Shown in pieces: positions 10,250 through 20,510 of a stretch of 64,000 nt of DNA; positions within the stretch are counted from its first letter, which is position 1; the number at the start of each line of letters is the position of its first letter. The notes below the pieces were generated by a model that searched no databases, was not told the DNA's origin, and saw only the letters and a list, made by a program, of their open reading frames with translations. Source of the DNA: Actinomycetota bacterium (GTDB lineage: Bacteria; Actinomycetota; Actinomycetes; Nanopelagicales; Nanopelagicaceae); contig WLQG01000002.1 in assembly GCA_009698445.1 (NCBI GenBank), forward strand, positions 7,488 through 71,487, given 5' to 3'. Position numbers and translations under genes: made by a program.

Positions 10250-10783
10250 ATGAAGTTCAAAGCTTTCTTTATCACTTTAGTAATTCTTATTTCATCTGTT
10301 TTCTTTATTCCACAATCAAGCGCCGCTAGCAAAGGCTGGCGTTATTGGGGTTATTTTCAAGCTGCTCCCGGGGCAACAAAGTGGACTGCAGCAATGACAG
10401 GACCAACTGTCGATATTGCTGATGGCGCAGTTGAAGGTTGGTCTTTTGTATTTAGTAGTGATGATGTTCCATCACTTGCACCAGCGGTTAAGCCAAACTT
10501 TGCCGCAATCTGTGCTGGTGTTAAAGGTGACAAGGACACAAAACGAATTGGTTTGGTCATTGAGTATGGATCAAAGGCTTGGGCGCCAAAAGGTGAAAAT
10601 CCACGAAAGACAGTCACCACGTGCGTTCGTACTGCAAAATCTTCTCAAGGAATAGATGTCCTTGGCCAAGTAACAAAGATCCGCGCTGCTTCATCCGGCC
10701 TAATCTGCGGTTTGGGTGGATACCCAGCTAAAGAATGCGGCGTTGAAATCCCAACACCAAAAGCAATAGTTAAAACCAAGTAA
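10250..10783 (+). CDS. Secreted SCO2322-family protein, probable accessory B12-binding component of the ECF system
   Basis: Signal peptide MKFK...SSA-A, YWGYFQ...W..A.TGP...DGAVEGWSF, four Cys. SD GAGAGG precedes ATG 10250. Confidence 0.75.
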   Translation: MKFKAFFITLVILISSVFFIPQSSAASKGWRYWGYFQAAPGATKWTAAMTGPTVDIADGAVEGWSFVFSSDDVPSLAPAVKPNFAAICAGVKGDKDTKRIGLVIEYGSKAWAPKGENPRKTVTTCVRTAKSSQGIDVLGQVTKIRAASSGLICGLGGYPAKECGVEIPTPKAIVKTK

Positions 10784-10790
10784 GACTTAA

Positions 10791-11537
10791 ATGAAAAGAC
10801 TTTCATTTCACCCACTGACATGGTGGATTTTCTCGTGCGCAATCGCAATCGCAATCGCACGCATGAATTCGCCCGTCTTTGCTATTGCGTCAGTGGGTGT
10901 AATGGCAGTGATTGTCTTTACGCAGCGAGATGACGCCCCATGGGGGAGATCTTTTAATGCCACATTGAAGTTATCGCTATGGATCATCGCCATCCGATCG
11001 ATAATCGGTGTACTCATTGGTGTTCCCATTCCGGGGACAACTCTTTTCACTATTCCCGCTGTGCCGCTACCAAGTTGGATGCCAGGCATTCGCATTGGTG
11101 GCGCAGTGACTCTAGAGCGCTTAAGTTCATCGATTTCTGAAGGAATCATCATCTGCGCAATCCTTGTTGTCTTTGGAGCAGCAGCATCACTAACAAGTCC
11201 GCATCGTTTGTTGCGCGTATTGCCGGTTTACGTCTATGAATTCGGAATAAGTGTTGTGATAGCAACTTCAGTTTTACCGCAACTAGTATCTGCGGTTTCA
11301 CGTATTCGCATGGCGCAGCGCTTACGCGGTCAGAAAAGCCACGGAGTGAAAGCGTTCAAACGCATTGCACTTCCTCTACTTGAAGAGTCCTTATCAAGAT
11401 CTTTAGATTTAGCAGCTGCGATGGACTCACGTGGTTATGGAATCAGTAAGAAACGATCTAAGTATCGTCCCATTAAATGGGCCAGAATTGATGGAGTAGT
11501 TGTTCTAGCTGGCCTAGCAGTTGTAGGTCTTTCATGA
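10791..11537 (+). CDS. ECF transporter transmembrane (T, CbiQ-like) component
   Basis: HPLTWW N-terminus, RLRG and LAAAMDSRGYG coupling-helix motifs. Confidence 0.9.
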   Translation: MKRLSFHPLTWWIFSCAIAIAIARMNSPVFAIASVGVMAVIVFTQRDDAPWGRSFNATLKLSLWIIAIRSIIGVLIGVPIPGTTLFTIPAVPLPSWMPGIRIGGAVTLERLSSSISEGIIICAILVVFGAAASLTSPHRLLRVLPVYVYEFGISVVIATSVLPQLVSAVSRIRMAQRLRGQKSHGVKAFKRIALPLLEESLSRSLDLAAAMDSRGYGISKKRSKYRPIKWARIDGVVVLAGLAVVGLS

Positions 11538-13141
11538 TTAAGTTTTCTAACGTTTCACTCATCTATCCAAACTCAACAACAACAGTGATCGAAGATCTCA
11601 CCCTTGAAATCGCTGAAGGTGAATTAGTTCTTGTTATTGGTCCAACAGGATCTGGAAAATCTTCATTGCTACGACTGATCAATGGTCTTGTCCCTCACCA
11701 CACAGGCGGTATTTTGGCCGGAAGTATTGAAGTAGATGGAATATCAACTGCAGAAGTTAAGCCTGGTGGCCTGGCACATTTGATTGGAATTGTCGGGCAA
11801 AACCCCATCAATGGCTTTGTCGCAGATACGGTAGAAGAAGAACTTGTCTTTGGAATGGAAGCTCTCAACCTTTCTAATGAAACTATGCGAAAGCGTGTAG
11901 AAGAGGTCTTGGATCTAATGTCTTTGGCTTCGCTTCGAAACCGAACTATTGCAACCTTAAGTGGCGGAGAACAACAACGCGTCGCAATTGCAAGCGCTTT
12001 AGTTGCACATCCCAAAGTCTTAGTTCTAGATGAGCCCACAAGCGCACTCGACCCAATCGCTGCTGAAGAAGTTCTCTCAATCCTTCACCGTTTAGTTCAC
12101 GATTTAAGCCTGACAGTTGTGATTGCCGAACATAAATTGGAGCGAGTCATCCAATTTGCCGATCGCATTGTTCACATCAATGGAGCTGGATCTGCAGTCG
12201 TTGGAACACCTGAAGAAATTCTGATGAACTCGCCTATAGCACCACCCATCGTTGAACTTGCTAGAACTCTCGGGTTAAAGGAGATTGGTGTTTCTGTGCG
12301 AGAGATGCGCCGACTGACACAAGAGTTTAGAGATTCACATCAGGTTGCTAAGCCCGAAGTCGCATTAACCTCATTGAAGGTATGCGCAACAATCAAAGAC
12401 TTAACAATTTCCTATAGTGGTAAAAATGCGGTGAATTCGCTCTCGACAACTATTTATGAAAATGAAATCGTTGCCATCATGGGCCGCAATGGTGCGGGCA
12501 AAAGCTCGCTGCTAAGAGCCATTGCAGGAGTCAGTGATAACGCAGCGGGTGAAGTAATAGTTAGTGGTATCAATTCCCAGAAACTGCACAGTAAGCAAAG
12601 GCGAGAAAATATTGGCTATATCCCACAAGAACCAAGTGATTTGCTCTATGGGCAAAGCGTAAGTGAGGAGTGCAAACAAGCCGATAATGACAATCAAGTT
12701 GCAAGTGGCACCACATTCGCACTGCTCTCGCAACTTGTTCCTGGAATATCAGCACAAACACATCCACGTGATTTATCTGAAGGTCAGCGTTTAGGTTTAG
12801 CTCTTAGCGTCGTTCTCTCAGCTAATCCGCATATGCTTATTTTGGATGAGCCAACAAGAGGTTTGGACTATCAAGCAAAGCGCGTTTTAACCAAAATGCT
12901 TATTGATTTTGCACGCGTTTTCAATCGAAGCGTCATCATTGCTACACACGATGTTGAACTTGTTGCTGAATTAGCTACTCGAACAATCTTCATCGCAGAT
13001 GGTGAAATCGTTGCGGACGGGGCAACTATTGATGTGCTGTTATCTTCGCCGGCTTTTGCTCCACAGGTTTCCAAGATCATGTCACCACAACCTTGGTTGA
13101 CCGTTGCCGATGTAGTGCGAGCTATTGAGGCTGATAGCTAA
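11534..13141 (+). CDS. ECF transporter fused double ATPase (A-A')
   Basis: Two Walker A motifs (GPTGSGKS, GRNGAGKS), signatures LSGGE and LSEGQ, two LDEPT Walker B motifs. Confidence 0.95.
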   Translation: MIKFSNVSLIYPNSTTTVIEDLTLEIAEGELVLVIGPTGSGKSSLLRLINGLVPHHTGGILAGSIEVDGISTAEVKPGGLAHLIGIVGQNPINGFVADTVEEELVFGMEALNLSNETMRKRVEEVLDLMSLASLRNRTIATLSGGEQQRVAIASALVAHPKVLVLDEPTSALDPIAAEEVLSILHRLVHDLSLTVVIAEHKLERVIQFADRIVHINGAGSAVVGTPEEILMNSPIAPPIVELARTLGLKEIGVSVREMRRLTQEFRDSHQVAKPEVALTSLKVCATIKDLTISYSGKNAVNSLSTTIYENEIVAIMGRNGAGKSSLLRAIAGVSDNAAGEVIVSGINSQKLHSKQRRENIGYIPQEPSDLLYGQSVSEECKQADNDNQVASGTTFALLSQLVPGISAQTHPRDLSEGQRLGLALSVVLSANPHMLILDEPTRGLDYQAKRVLTKMLIDFARVFNRSVIIATHDVELVAELATRTIFIADGEIVADGATIDVLLSSPAFAPQVSKIMSPQPWLTVADVVRAIEADS

Positions 13142-13941
13142 TGCGCACTCATGATGTAGTGAAATTTTCTCCACTTGGCACAGCAGTACTGACGCTGGCA
13201 TCAGTGATTTCTGCTGCAGGATTTCTCTGGCCCTTTTTCTATAACGGCCAATCACTACCCCGCACACAGCTTTTCTTTTGGGCCGCACTTACCCTGGCAT
13301 TCTTTTTAGTAGTTGTTCAGATCTCTAACTCAGCCCTAGATGCTAAATCTGTTGCACTCCTTGGTGTTCTATCTGCGCTCATTGCAGCCGTTCGTCCACT
13401 TGGCGCAGGCGCAGTCGGCATTGAACCTATGTGGTTTATCTTAATTTTAAGTGCCAGAGTTTTCGGTCCATCATTTGGATTTATTTTGGGCCTTACATCA
13501 ATGTTTGTTTCTGCCTTGCTCACGGGTGGGCTTGGGCCTTGGCTTGGTTATCAAGTATTTGCAGCGGCGTGGATTGGTATGGCCGCGGGTTTTATCCCAG
13601 GAAAAAAGCTCCGTGGGACAAAAGAGATTGCGATATTGATTATTTTTGGTGCTATTGCATCTGAGGTTTTTGGGATTTTGATGGACCTACAGTTTTGGCC
13701 TTGGGCCTTAGGGTCAGATACGAGGTTGTCGTATGTTGCACACGGGGCAGTGACTGAAAATTTGCATCGTTTTATTATTTTTCACTTTGCTACATCTATG
13801 GCATGGGATATTCCCCGTGCAATTTTTACTGCCTTGCTTTTAGCTTTTTCGGGAAGATCTGTTTTATCAGCTTTGCGTAGAACTCACACTCGAGCTGCCT
13901 TTATGGCGCCTATAGAATTTATCGAACGTGCGAAGGCATAA
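13141..13941 (+). CDS. ECF transporter S component, predicted cobalamin-specific (CbrT-like)
   Basis: Hydrophobic protein with A..R, G.EP, FG..FG..LG and GPWL.YQ motifs; last gene of the B12-riboswitch operon. Confidence 0.85.
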   Translation: MRTHDVVKFSPLGTAVLTLASVISAAGFLWPFFYNGQSLPRTQLFFWAALTLAFFLVVVQISNSALDAKSVALLGVLSALIAAVRPLGAGAVGIEPMWFILILSARVFGPSFGFILGLTSMFVSALLTGGLGPWLGYQVFAAAWIGMAAGFIPGKKLRGTKEIAILIIFGAIASEVFGILMDLQFWPWALGSDTRLSYVAHGAVTENLHRFIIFHFATSMAWDIPRAIFTALLLAFSGRSVLSALRRTHTRAAFMAPIEFIERAKA

Positions 13942-15007
13942 AGGGAAGCTTTACAACTTCCACCATTGAATCACGGCCGCGCACATCGATTACCAAATGG
14001 TCTCCGACCTTGACGGTGCTCTCTAGTAATGCAATCCCAATTCCCACTTTAAGTGATGGCGAAAATGTTCCGCTGGTTACTTCCCCCAGGGCTTTGCCAT
14101 CACTTGTTTTAACGTGCATACCACCGCGAGGAATTCCTCGATCTAATGACTTGAGCGCAACACTTTTGCGCTTAGCCCCTAGAGATTTTTGTGATCTTAA
14201 AACCTCTGACCCTAAAAATTCGCCCTTATCCCAACCAATTGCCCATGTTGCACTGGCTTCAACCGGATTGATTTCAAGTGAGAGTTCATGTCCATGCAGT
14301 GGATAACCCATTTCAGTTCGCAAAGTGTCACGTGCTCCAAGACCGCACACCAAACCACCGAAAGGTTGCATCGCCTCAACGATTGCATCCCAGACCTTAG
14401 AAGCATCTGCAGTTTTAGGAAGAAGTTCATAACCAAGTTCCCCCGTGTAACCAGTACGGCAAAGAATGACCTGCGCTCCCCCGATGTTTATATTTTCAAA
14501 GGCCATGTAATCAATATCTGTATTAACACCAAGTGCTTGCATGACTTGTGGCGCAAGCGGGCCTTGAACGGCAATGACTGCATAGGCTTCATGCAAGTTT
14601 TCAATAGTTATTCCTGCAGGAACATGGGCCACTAAAGTTTTCACCACATCGGTTGTATTCGAAGCATTTGGCACTAAAAAGAAATCATGATCAGAATTGC
14701 GGTACGCGATGAGGTCATCTATTACTCCACCTTCCTCATTGCACAGCAATGTGTACTGTGCAGAGCCATTATTGATTCGATTCAAATCGTTGGTAAACAT
14801 TGAATTAAGAAATTCCAAAGCACCACTACCCATTACGCTGGCTTTACCTAAGTGAGAAACATCGAAAATTCCGACCTTTTCTCGCACTGCTGCATGCTCT
14901 GCCAAGGTTCCTGCCCCTGGATATTCAATCGGCATCAGCCAACCTCCGAAATCTGCCATTTTGGCGTTACGGGCTAGATGCTTTTCGTGCAAAGGTGAGT
15001 GCTTCAT
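13919..15007 (-). CDS. gcvT: Glycine cleavage system aminomethyltransferase T
   Basis: DFGGWLMP.EY, FDVSHLG, RTGYTGE.GYE, GLGARDTLRTE. Confidence 0.97.
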   Translation of the reverse strand: MKHSPLHEKHLARNAKMADFGGWLMPIEYPGAGTLAEHAAVREKVGIFDVSHLGKASVMGSGALEFLNSMFTNDLNRINNGSAQYTLLCNEEGGVIDDLIAYRNSDHDFFLVPNASNTTDVVKTLVAHVPAGITIENLHEAYAVIAVQGPLAPQVMQALGVNTDIDYMAFENINIGGAQVILCRTGYTGELGYELLPKTADASKVWDAIVEAMQPFGGLVCGLGARDTLRTEMGYPLHGHELSLEINPVEASATWAIGWDKGEFLGSEVLRSQKSLGAKRKSVALKSLDRGIPRGGMHVKTSDGKALGEVTSGTFSPSLKVGIGIALLESTVKVGDHLVIDVRGRDSMVEVVKLPFMPSHVR

Positions 15008-15046
15008 AGTGTGAAACCTACCAAGACATCTATTACGCTGGCACCC

Positions 15047-16537
15047 ATGACAACACTCAAAGTTTCTGATGGCCTAGTAAAAGATGATCACCTTGTTGTA
15101 GGTCTAGCGAGCACCAACACCAAAGGTGGAATTGCCATTGAAACTGGTGATTTAGCGATGGACACTAAAGCACTTGTGGCCTCACTTATTGAAATGGGTG
15201 CCACAGGAAAAGTAGATGAAGTTACAAAAATGCCTGGCGGCCCAACTCGCATACTGGTGTTCACCGGTCTTGGACCAAAATCCAGTACCTATTCTCATGA
15301 AACCTTGCGCCGAGCCGCAGGATCGGCTGCCCATGCACTAGCTGGAAATATTGGTGCAACTTTTGCCTTGCCCACCCGCGACATTGTCGGTGTGAGCGCT
15401 GTTGCAGAAGGCGCAGCAATTGGCGCATATGTTTTCAATGAGTTCCGGGGATCTACAAAGCTCGATCACAAAGCGGCTTTAAAATCGGCAACTATTTTTT
15501 CTAAACTCGCCGAGAAAGTCGAAGCTAAAGATGCAATCACGCGCGCAACTATTATCGCAAAGTACACGCATTTGGTTCGTGATTTAATAAATACACCGCC
15601 AAGTCACTTAACGCCTGATTCATTTACTAAAAAATTAACTGCCAGTTTTAAAGCCGCGGGAGGATTAAAAGCAGGGTTAAAAATAACTATCTGGGATGAG
15701 AAGCAACTTAAGTCCCAAGGGTTCGGCGGAATAGTTGGCGTTGGGCAAGGCTCAGCTAATCCCCCGCGCCTTTTGCATATTGCTTACACACCTAAAGCTA
15801 AAAAAACTAAACGCTTTGCCTTTGTTGGAAAAGGAATCACTTTCGACACAGGTGGATTAAACCTGAAGGCAGGTTTAGGTATGGAAGCTATGAAATCGGA
15901 TATGAGCGGCGCCGCCGCTGTCTGCGCAGCCACCCTTGCTATTGCAGAACTAGGTCTACCAGTCGCCATTGAATGTTGGGCGCCGCTTGCAGAAAATATG
16001 CCTAGTGATACCGCAACTAGACCAAGTGACATCATCACAATCTTTGGGGGCAAAACTGTTGAAGTCCTCAATCCCGATGCTGAAGGTCGCCTTGTCTTGG
16101 CTGATGGTTTAATGAAAGCACAGGCCAGTAAAAACAAACTAGATGGCATTATTGATGTCGCAACTTTGACTGGAGCACAAGTAATTGCACTAGGCACTCG
16201 CACCAGTGCGGTCATGACAAATAATCAAAGTTTTAGTGATTCATTTATCGCAATCACCAAAGAAACCGGCGAACAATTCTGGCCAATGCCTTTACCTATA
16301 GAACTTCGCGCCTCACTTGATTCACCGGTGGCAGATCTTGCGAATATCGGTGATAAAAATGGTGGAATGTTAGTTGCTGGGTTATTCCTGAAAGATTTTG
16401 TAAGTGATGACCTACCGTGGCTGCACCTTGATATCGCCGGCCCGGCCTATAACCAAGGCAAGGCACATGGCTACACCCCTGTCGGTGGGACAGGTGTGAG
16501 CATGCGCTCACTTGTTAGGTTGGTCGAACAGGCATAG
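15047..16537 (+). CDS. pepA: Leucyl aminopeptidase (M17)
   Basis: VGKGITFDTGG, MKSDMSGAA, NPDAEGRL, HLDIAG. Start set at ATG 15047 behind -10 TACGCT. Confidence 0.95.
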   Translation: MTTLKVSDGLVKDDHLVVGLASTNTKGGIAIETGDLAMDTKALVASLIEMGATGKVDEVTKMPGGPTRILVFTGLGPKSSTYSHETLRRAAGSAAHALAGNIGATFALPTRDIVGVSAVAEGAAIGAYVFNEFRGSTKLDHKAALKSATIFSKLAEKVEAKDAITRATIIAKYTHLVRDLINTPPSHLTPDSFTKKLTASFKAAGGLKAGLKITIWDEKQLKSQGFGGIVGVGQGSANPPRLLHIAYTPKAKKTKRFAFVGKGITFDTGGLNLKAGLGMEAMKSDMSGAAAVCAATLAIAELGLPVAIECWAPLAENMPSDTATRPSDIITIFGGKTVEVLNPDAEGRLVLADGLMKAQASKNKLDGIIDVATLTGAQVIALGTRTSAVMTNNQSFSDSFIAITKETGEQFWPMPLPIELRASLDSPVADLANIGDKNGGMLVAGLFLKDFVSDDLPWLHLDIAGPAYNQGKAHGYTPVGGTGVSMRSLVRLVEQA

Positions 16538-16584
16538 GTACGGCAAGATAGAGCCGTTGCTTACGAACAAAAGGGGTATGCCGG

Positions 16585-17952
16585 GTGTCGCAATTTGATC
16601 TAGTGATTTTGGGTGGCGGTAGCGGCGGCTATGCCTGCGCTCTGCGCGGTGCACAGCTAGGTCTATCTGTTGCTTTAATCGAAGCAGAAAAAGTCGGCGG
16701 CACGTGTCTTCACAAGGGTTGCATTCCAACCAAAGCTCTCTTGCACTCTGCTGAAATCGCAGATGGCGCACGTGAAGGTTCTAAGTACGGCGTCAAGTCA
16801 ACATTTGATGGCATCGATATGGATGGTGTTAATACATACAAGGACGGTGTCATTTCCCGCCTTCATAAAGGTTTGCAAGGATTAGTAAAGTCAAGAAATA
16901 TTACTTACATTGAAGGTCATGGAAAGTTAGTTTCAAAAGACACAATCGAAGTAAATGGTGAGCGATACACCGGTAAGAACATCGTTCTGGCTACTGGTTC
17001 ATATGCTCGTACGCTCCCTGGTCTAGAAATTGATGGAAAACAAATCATTACATCTGATCACGGAACAAAAATGGACTATGTTCCAGAATCTGTCATAGTC
17101 CTAGGTGGCGGGGTTATTGGCTGCGAGTTCGCATCGGTATGGAAATCGTTTGGCGCCGAAGTTACGATTATTGAAGGTTTGCCACACTTAATCGCGCTAG
17201 AAGATGAATCTTCCAGCAAGCAGCTAGAGCGTGCATTTCGCAAACGTGGAATCAACTTTGAACTTGGTACAAAGTTTAAATCTGCTGTGAAAGATCAACG
17301 AGGTGTCACGATCACGCTCGAAGATGGCAAAGAGTTCACTGCGCAGGTTTTGATGGTGGCAGTAGGCCGTGGACCGGTTTCAGCAAATCTTGGATACGAA
17401 GAGCAAGGCATCACAATGGATCGCGGATATGTTTTAGTAGATGACAAATGCCGCACAAATGTGCCGGGAATTTGGGCCGTTGGAGATTTGATTCCAACTT
17501 TGCAACTCGCCCACGTTGGATTTGCTGAAGGCATGTTGGTTGCAGAGGAGATTGCAGGATTAAATCCTCGCGCAATTAACTACGATGGAATCCCACGTGT
17601 TACTTATTCAGACCCAGAAGTTGCATCAGTTGGCTTAACAACTGCTGAAGCTAAAAAGCGCGGCCATGATGTAGTTGAACTTAGTTACGACTTAGCTGGA
17701 AATGGAAAAGCTCAAATCCTTGGTACTGCAGGTTCAATCAAACTCGTAGGCGAAAAAAATGGCCCTATTCTCGGTGTTCATATGGTTGGTGCGCGAGTTG
17801 GCGAACTTCTTGCTGAAGCTGAGTTAATTTTTAACTGGGAAGCACGTGCAACTGATGTTGCATCCCTTATTCATGCACACCCAACACTGTCAGAGGCTAT
17901 GGGCGAAGCTCATATGGCTCTTGCAGGTAAACCGCTACATGCACACGGATAA
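16585..17952 (+). CDS. lpdA: Dihydrolipoamide dehydrogenase (E3)
   Basis: [19 protein letters not shown] redox disulfide, HAHPTLSE. Confidence 0.97.
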   Translation: MSQFDLVILGGGSGGYACALRGAQLGLSVALIEAEKVGGTCLHKGCIPTKALLHSAEIADGAREGSKYGVKSTFDGIDMDGVNTYKDGVISRLHKGLQGLVKSRNITYIEGHGKLVSKDTIEVNGERYTGKNIVLATGSYARTLPGLEIDGKQIITSDHGTKMDYVPESVIVLGGGVIGCEFASVWKSFGAEVTIIEGLPHLIALEDESSSKQLERAFRKRGINFELGTKFKSAVKDQRGVTITLEDGKEFTAQVLMVAVGRGPVSANLGYEEQGITMDRGYVLVDDKCRTNVPGIWAVGDLIPTLQLAHVGFAEGMLVAEEIAGLNPRAINYDGIPRVTYSDPEVASVGLTTAEAKKRGHDVVELSYDLAGNGKAQILGTAGSIKLVGEKNGPILGVHMVGARVGELLAEAELIFNWEARATDVASLIHAHPTLSEAMGEAHMALAGKPLHAHG

Positions 17953-17969
17953 CCAAGGAGAAAACACAG

Positions 17970-19613
17970 ATGACATTTTCCGTAACGATGCCAGCACTTG
18001 GTGAAAGTGTTAGCGAAGGAACAGTTACTCGTTGGTTAAAGTCCGAAGGTGACCACGTCAACGTTGATGAACCACTTCTTGAGGTTTCAACTGACAAGGT
18101 AGATACCGAAATTCCATCACCGGTTTCTGGAACACTTACAAAAATTGTTGTACAAATCGATCAAACAGTTCCAGTCGGTGCTGAGTTAGCAATCATCGCT
18201 GACGGCGCTACCGCACCTGCTTCAGTTCCAGTTGCCGCACCTGTTGCAGCTGCGCCAGTTACACCACCACCTGCAGCACCAGTTGTTTCAGCTCCTGTTA
18301 CACCAGCTGCTTCAAACGCTGGAACAGTAATCACAATGCCCGCTTTGGGTGAGAGTGTGAGTGAAGGAACTGTTACGCGTTGGTTAAAAAATATTGGTGA
18401 TTCAGTTGCAGTTGATGAAGCATTACTAGAAGTTTCAACGGATAAAGTAGATACAGAAATCCCTTCTCCGGTTGCCGGAACATTATTGGCAATTGATGTT
18501 GCAGTTGATTCAACTGTTCCCGTAGGTGCCCGACTTGGATTGATTGGAACAACTGGTGCTGCACCGGTTGCTGCACCTGTCGCCGCACCAGTCGTACCTG
18601 TAGTTGTTCCTGTGGTTGCTGCACCAGTAGTTTCAACGCCGGCTCCAGTTGCTGCCCCTGTATCAGCGGCTCCAATTAGTCAACCAACTGATGCTTACGT
18701 AACTCCCCTGGTTCGCAAACTAGCAAGTGAACTTGGAGTTAACCTCGCACAAGTTAAAGGCACCGGAATTGGCGGACGCATTCGTCGCGAAGATGTTGAA
18801 GCATTAGGAAAACCTGCTGCACCCACATACTCAGCACCAGCCCCAACTTCTGCAGCACCATCTGCTGCTAAACCACCAGTGGTCGCAGTTTCACCATTGC
18901 GTGGAACAACTGTGACTATGTCAAGACTTCGAAAAGTAATTGCGGCTCGCATGGTTGAATCACTTCAAATCAGCGCTCAATTAACCACTGTCATTGAAGT
19001 AGATGTCACAAAGATTTCTCGACTTCGCGATAAGGCAAAGGCTTCGTTTGAATCCCGCGAAGGAGTAAAGCTTTCTTACCTTCCATTTTTTGCCGTAGCC
19101 GTATGTGAAGCGCTCAAGCAACATCCAGTGCTCAACTCATCAGTTGAAGGCGATCAAATTACCTACCACGGTGCAGAACACTTAGGTATTGCTGTTGATA
19201 CTGAGCGCGGACTACTGGTTCCGGTTATTGCCAATGCTGGAGATTTAAACATGGGCGGGATCGCGCGAAAGATTTCTGATCTAGCCGCACGCACACGTGA
19301 TAACAAAGTGACACCGGATGAATTAGGTGGTGGAACTTTCACTCTTACAAATACTGGTAGCCGCGGTGCACTTTTCGACACCCCAATTATCAATCAGCCA
19401 CAAGTTGCAATCCTGGGTCTTGGCGCAGTTGTAAAACGTCCAATGGTTGTACGCGGTGAAGATGGCGGCGAAACAATCGCAATACGATCAATGGTCTACT
19501 TAGGTCTTTCATATGATCACCGAGTTGTTGATGGCGCAGACGCCGCGCGATTCCTTGTTACGTTGAAGGAACGCCTTGAAGGCGGCGCGTTCGAATCAGA
19601 TTTGGGTCTATAA
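17970..19613 (+). CDS. sucB: 2-oxoacid dehydrogenase E2 dihydrolipoamide acyltransferase with two lipoyl domains
   Basis: Two copies of [13 protein letters not shown]...[10 protein letters not shown], Pro/Ala linkers, E3-binding [15 protein letters not shown] catalytic motif. Confidence 0.93.
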   Translation: MTFSVTMPALGESVSEGTVTRWLKSEGDHVNVDEPLLEVSTDKVDTEIPSPVSGTLTKIVVQIDQTVPVGAELAIIADGATAPASVPVAAPVAAAPVTPPPAAPVVSAPVTPAASNAGTVITMPALGESVSEGTVTRWLKNIGDSVAVDEALLEVSTDKVDTEIPSPVAGTLLAIDVAVDSTVPVGARLGLIGTTGAAPVAAPVAAPVVPVVVPVVAAPVVSTPAPVAAPVSAAPISQPTDAYVTPLVRKLASELGVNLAQVKGTGIGGRIRREDVEALGKPAAPTYSAPAPTSAAPSAAKPPVVAVSPLRGTTVTMSRLRKVIAARMVESLQISAQLTTVIEVDVTKISRLRDKAKASFESREGVKLSYLPFFAVAVCEALKQHPVLNSSVEGDQITYHGAEHLGIAVDTERGLLVPVIANAGDLNMGGIARKISDLAARTRDNKVTPDELGGGTFTLTNTGSRGALFDTPIINQPQVAILGLGAVVKRPMVVRGEDGGETIAIRSMVYLGLSYDHRVVDGADAARFLVTLKERLEGGAFESDLGL

Positions 19614-19619
19614 GTACGT

Positions 19620-20510
19620 ATGAGAGTTCCACAAAGAATTGCAATCAGTGGCTCATCAGGTCTTATTGGTAGCGCACTAGTTGGCCATTTGAAAAGTGAA
19701 GGTCACACAGTCCAGCGCCTTGTTCGACGTACACCTATTGCCCCAGATGAAGTTCAATGGGATCCACAAACCGGTTACGTTGACATCAGCGCTCTTGAAG
19801 GCGTAGATGCCGTCATCCATTTAGCAGGGGTTGGTGTTGGCGATAAGCGTTGGACTAAAAAATATAAATCTGAGATTCTAAATTCGAGACTTTTGGGAAC
19901 AACAGCAATCGCAAAAGCCGTTGCTCAATTAAAACCCCAAGTATTTATCTCAGCAAGTGCAATCGGTTGGTATGGCGAAAGTGGTAACCGTGCTGTAGTT
20001 GAAACAGATCGCGTTGGTGATGATTTTCTCGCTGCAGTGTGTCGCGAATGGGAAGCTGCTGCAGATCTAGCCGTTGATGTTCGAACAGTGAAGCTGCGTA
20101 CAGGATTAGTTCTAGATCCAACAGGTGGCGCTCTTGGCAAAATGTTGCCGCTCTTCCGCTTAGGTTTTGGTGGAAAACTTGGCTCAGGTAAGCAGTGGTG
20201 GTCGTGGATAACGTTGCATGATCAGCTACGTGCAATTGAGTTTGCGCTTACGAATCCAATTTCTGGTCCAGTAAATTTAACCTCACCCAATCCAGTAACA
20301 AATCAGGAGTTCACTTCGGCACTAGCCCGTGCTCTACATCGTCCAGCAGTATTTCCGGCCCCTGCTATTGCGCTAAAAATTGCGCTCGGTGGGTTCTCTT
20401 CTGAAGTTCTGGGTTCTAAAAAAGTAATCCCTCATGTATTACAAGAGGCTGGCTTCACTTGGGATTATCCGCACATTACCGATGCACTTAACCTTCTAGT
20501 TCAAGATTAA
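19620..20510 (+). CDS. TIGR01777/YfcH-family NAD-dependent epimerase-like protein
   Basis: SGSSGLIG, HLAG, SASAIGWYG, GSGKQWWSWI. Confidence 0.92.
   Translation: MRVPQRIAISGSSGLIGSALVGHLKSEGHTVQRLVRRTPIAPDEVQWDPQTGYVDISALEGVDAVIHLAGVGVGDKRWTKKYKSEILNSRLLGTTAIAKAVAQLKPQVFISASAIGWYGESGNRAVVETDRVGDDFLAAVCREWEAAADLAVDVRTVKLRTGLVLDPTGGALGKMLPLFRLGFGGKLGSGKQWWSWITLHDQLRAIEFALTNPISGPVNLTSPNPVTNQEFTSALARALHRPAVFPAPAIALKIALGGFSSEVLGSKKVIPHVLQEAGFTWDYPHITDALNLLVQD

Noticed and set aside
10839-10859. (GCAATC)3 repeat in the ECF T gene
   Set aside because: In-frame hexamer encoding AIAIAIA within a TM helix; it cannot cause phase variation.
15008-15046. Possible glycine riboswitch ahead of gcvT
   Set aside because: Only 39 bp, fully accounted for by two divergent leaderless promoters.
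17970-18880. Internal repeat and low-complexity Pro/Ala/Val DNA in sucB
   Set aside because: Ordinary duplicated lipoyl domains and flexible linkers of E2.
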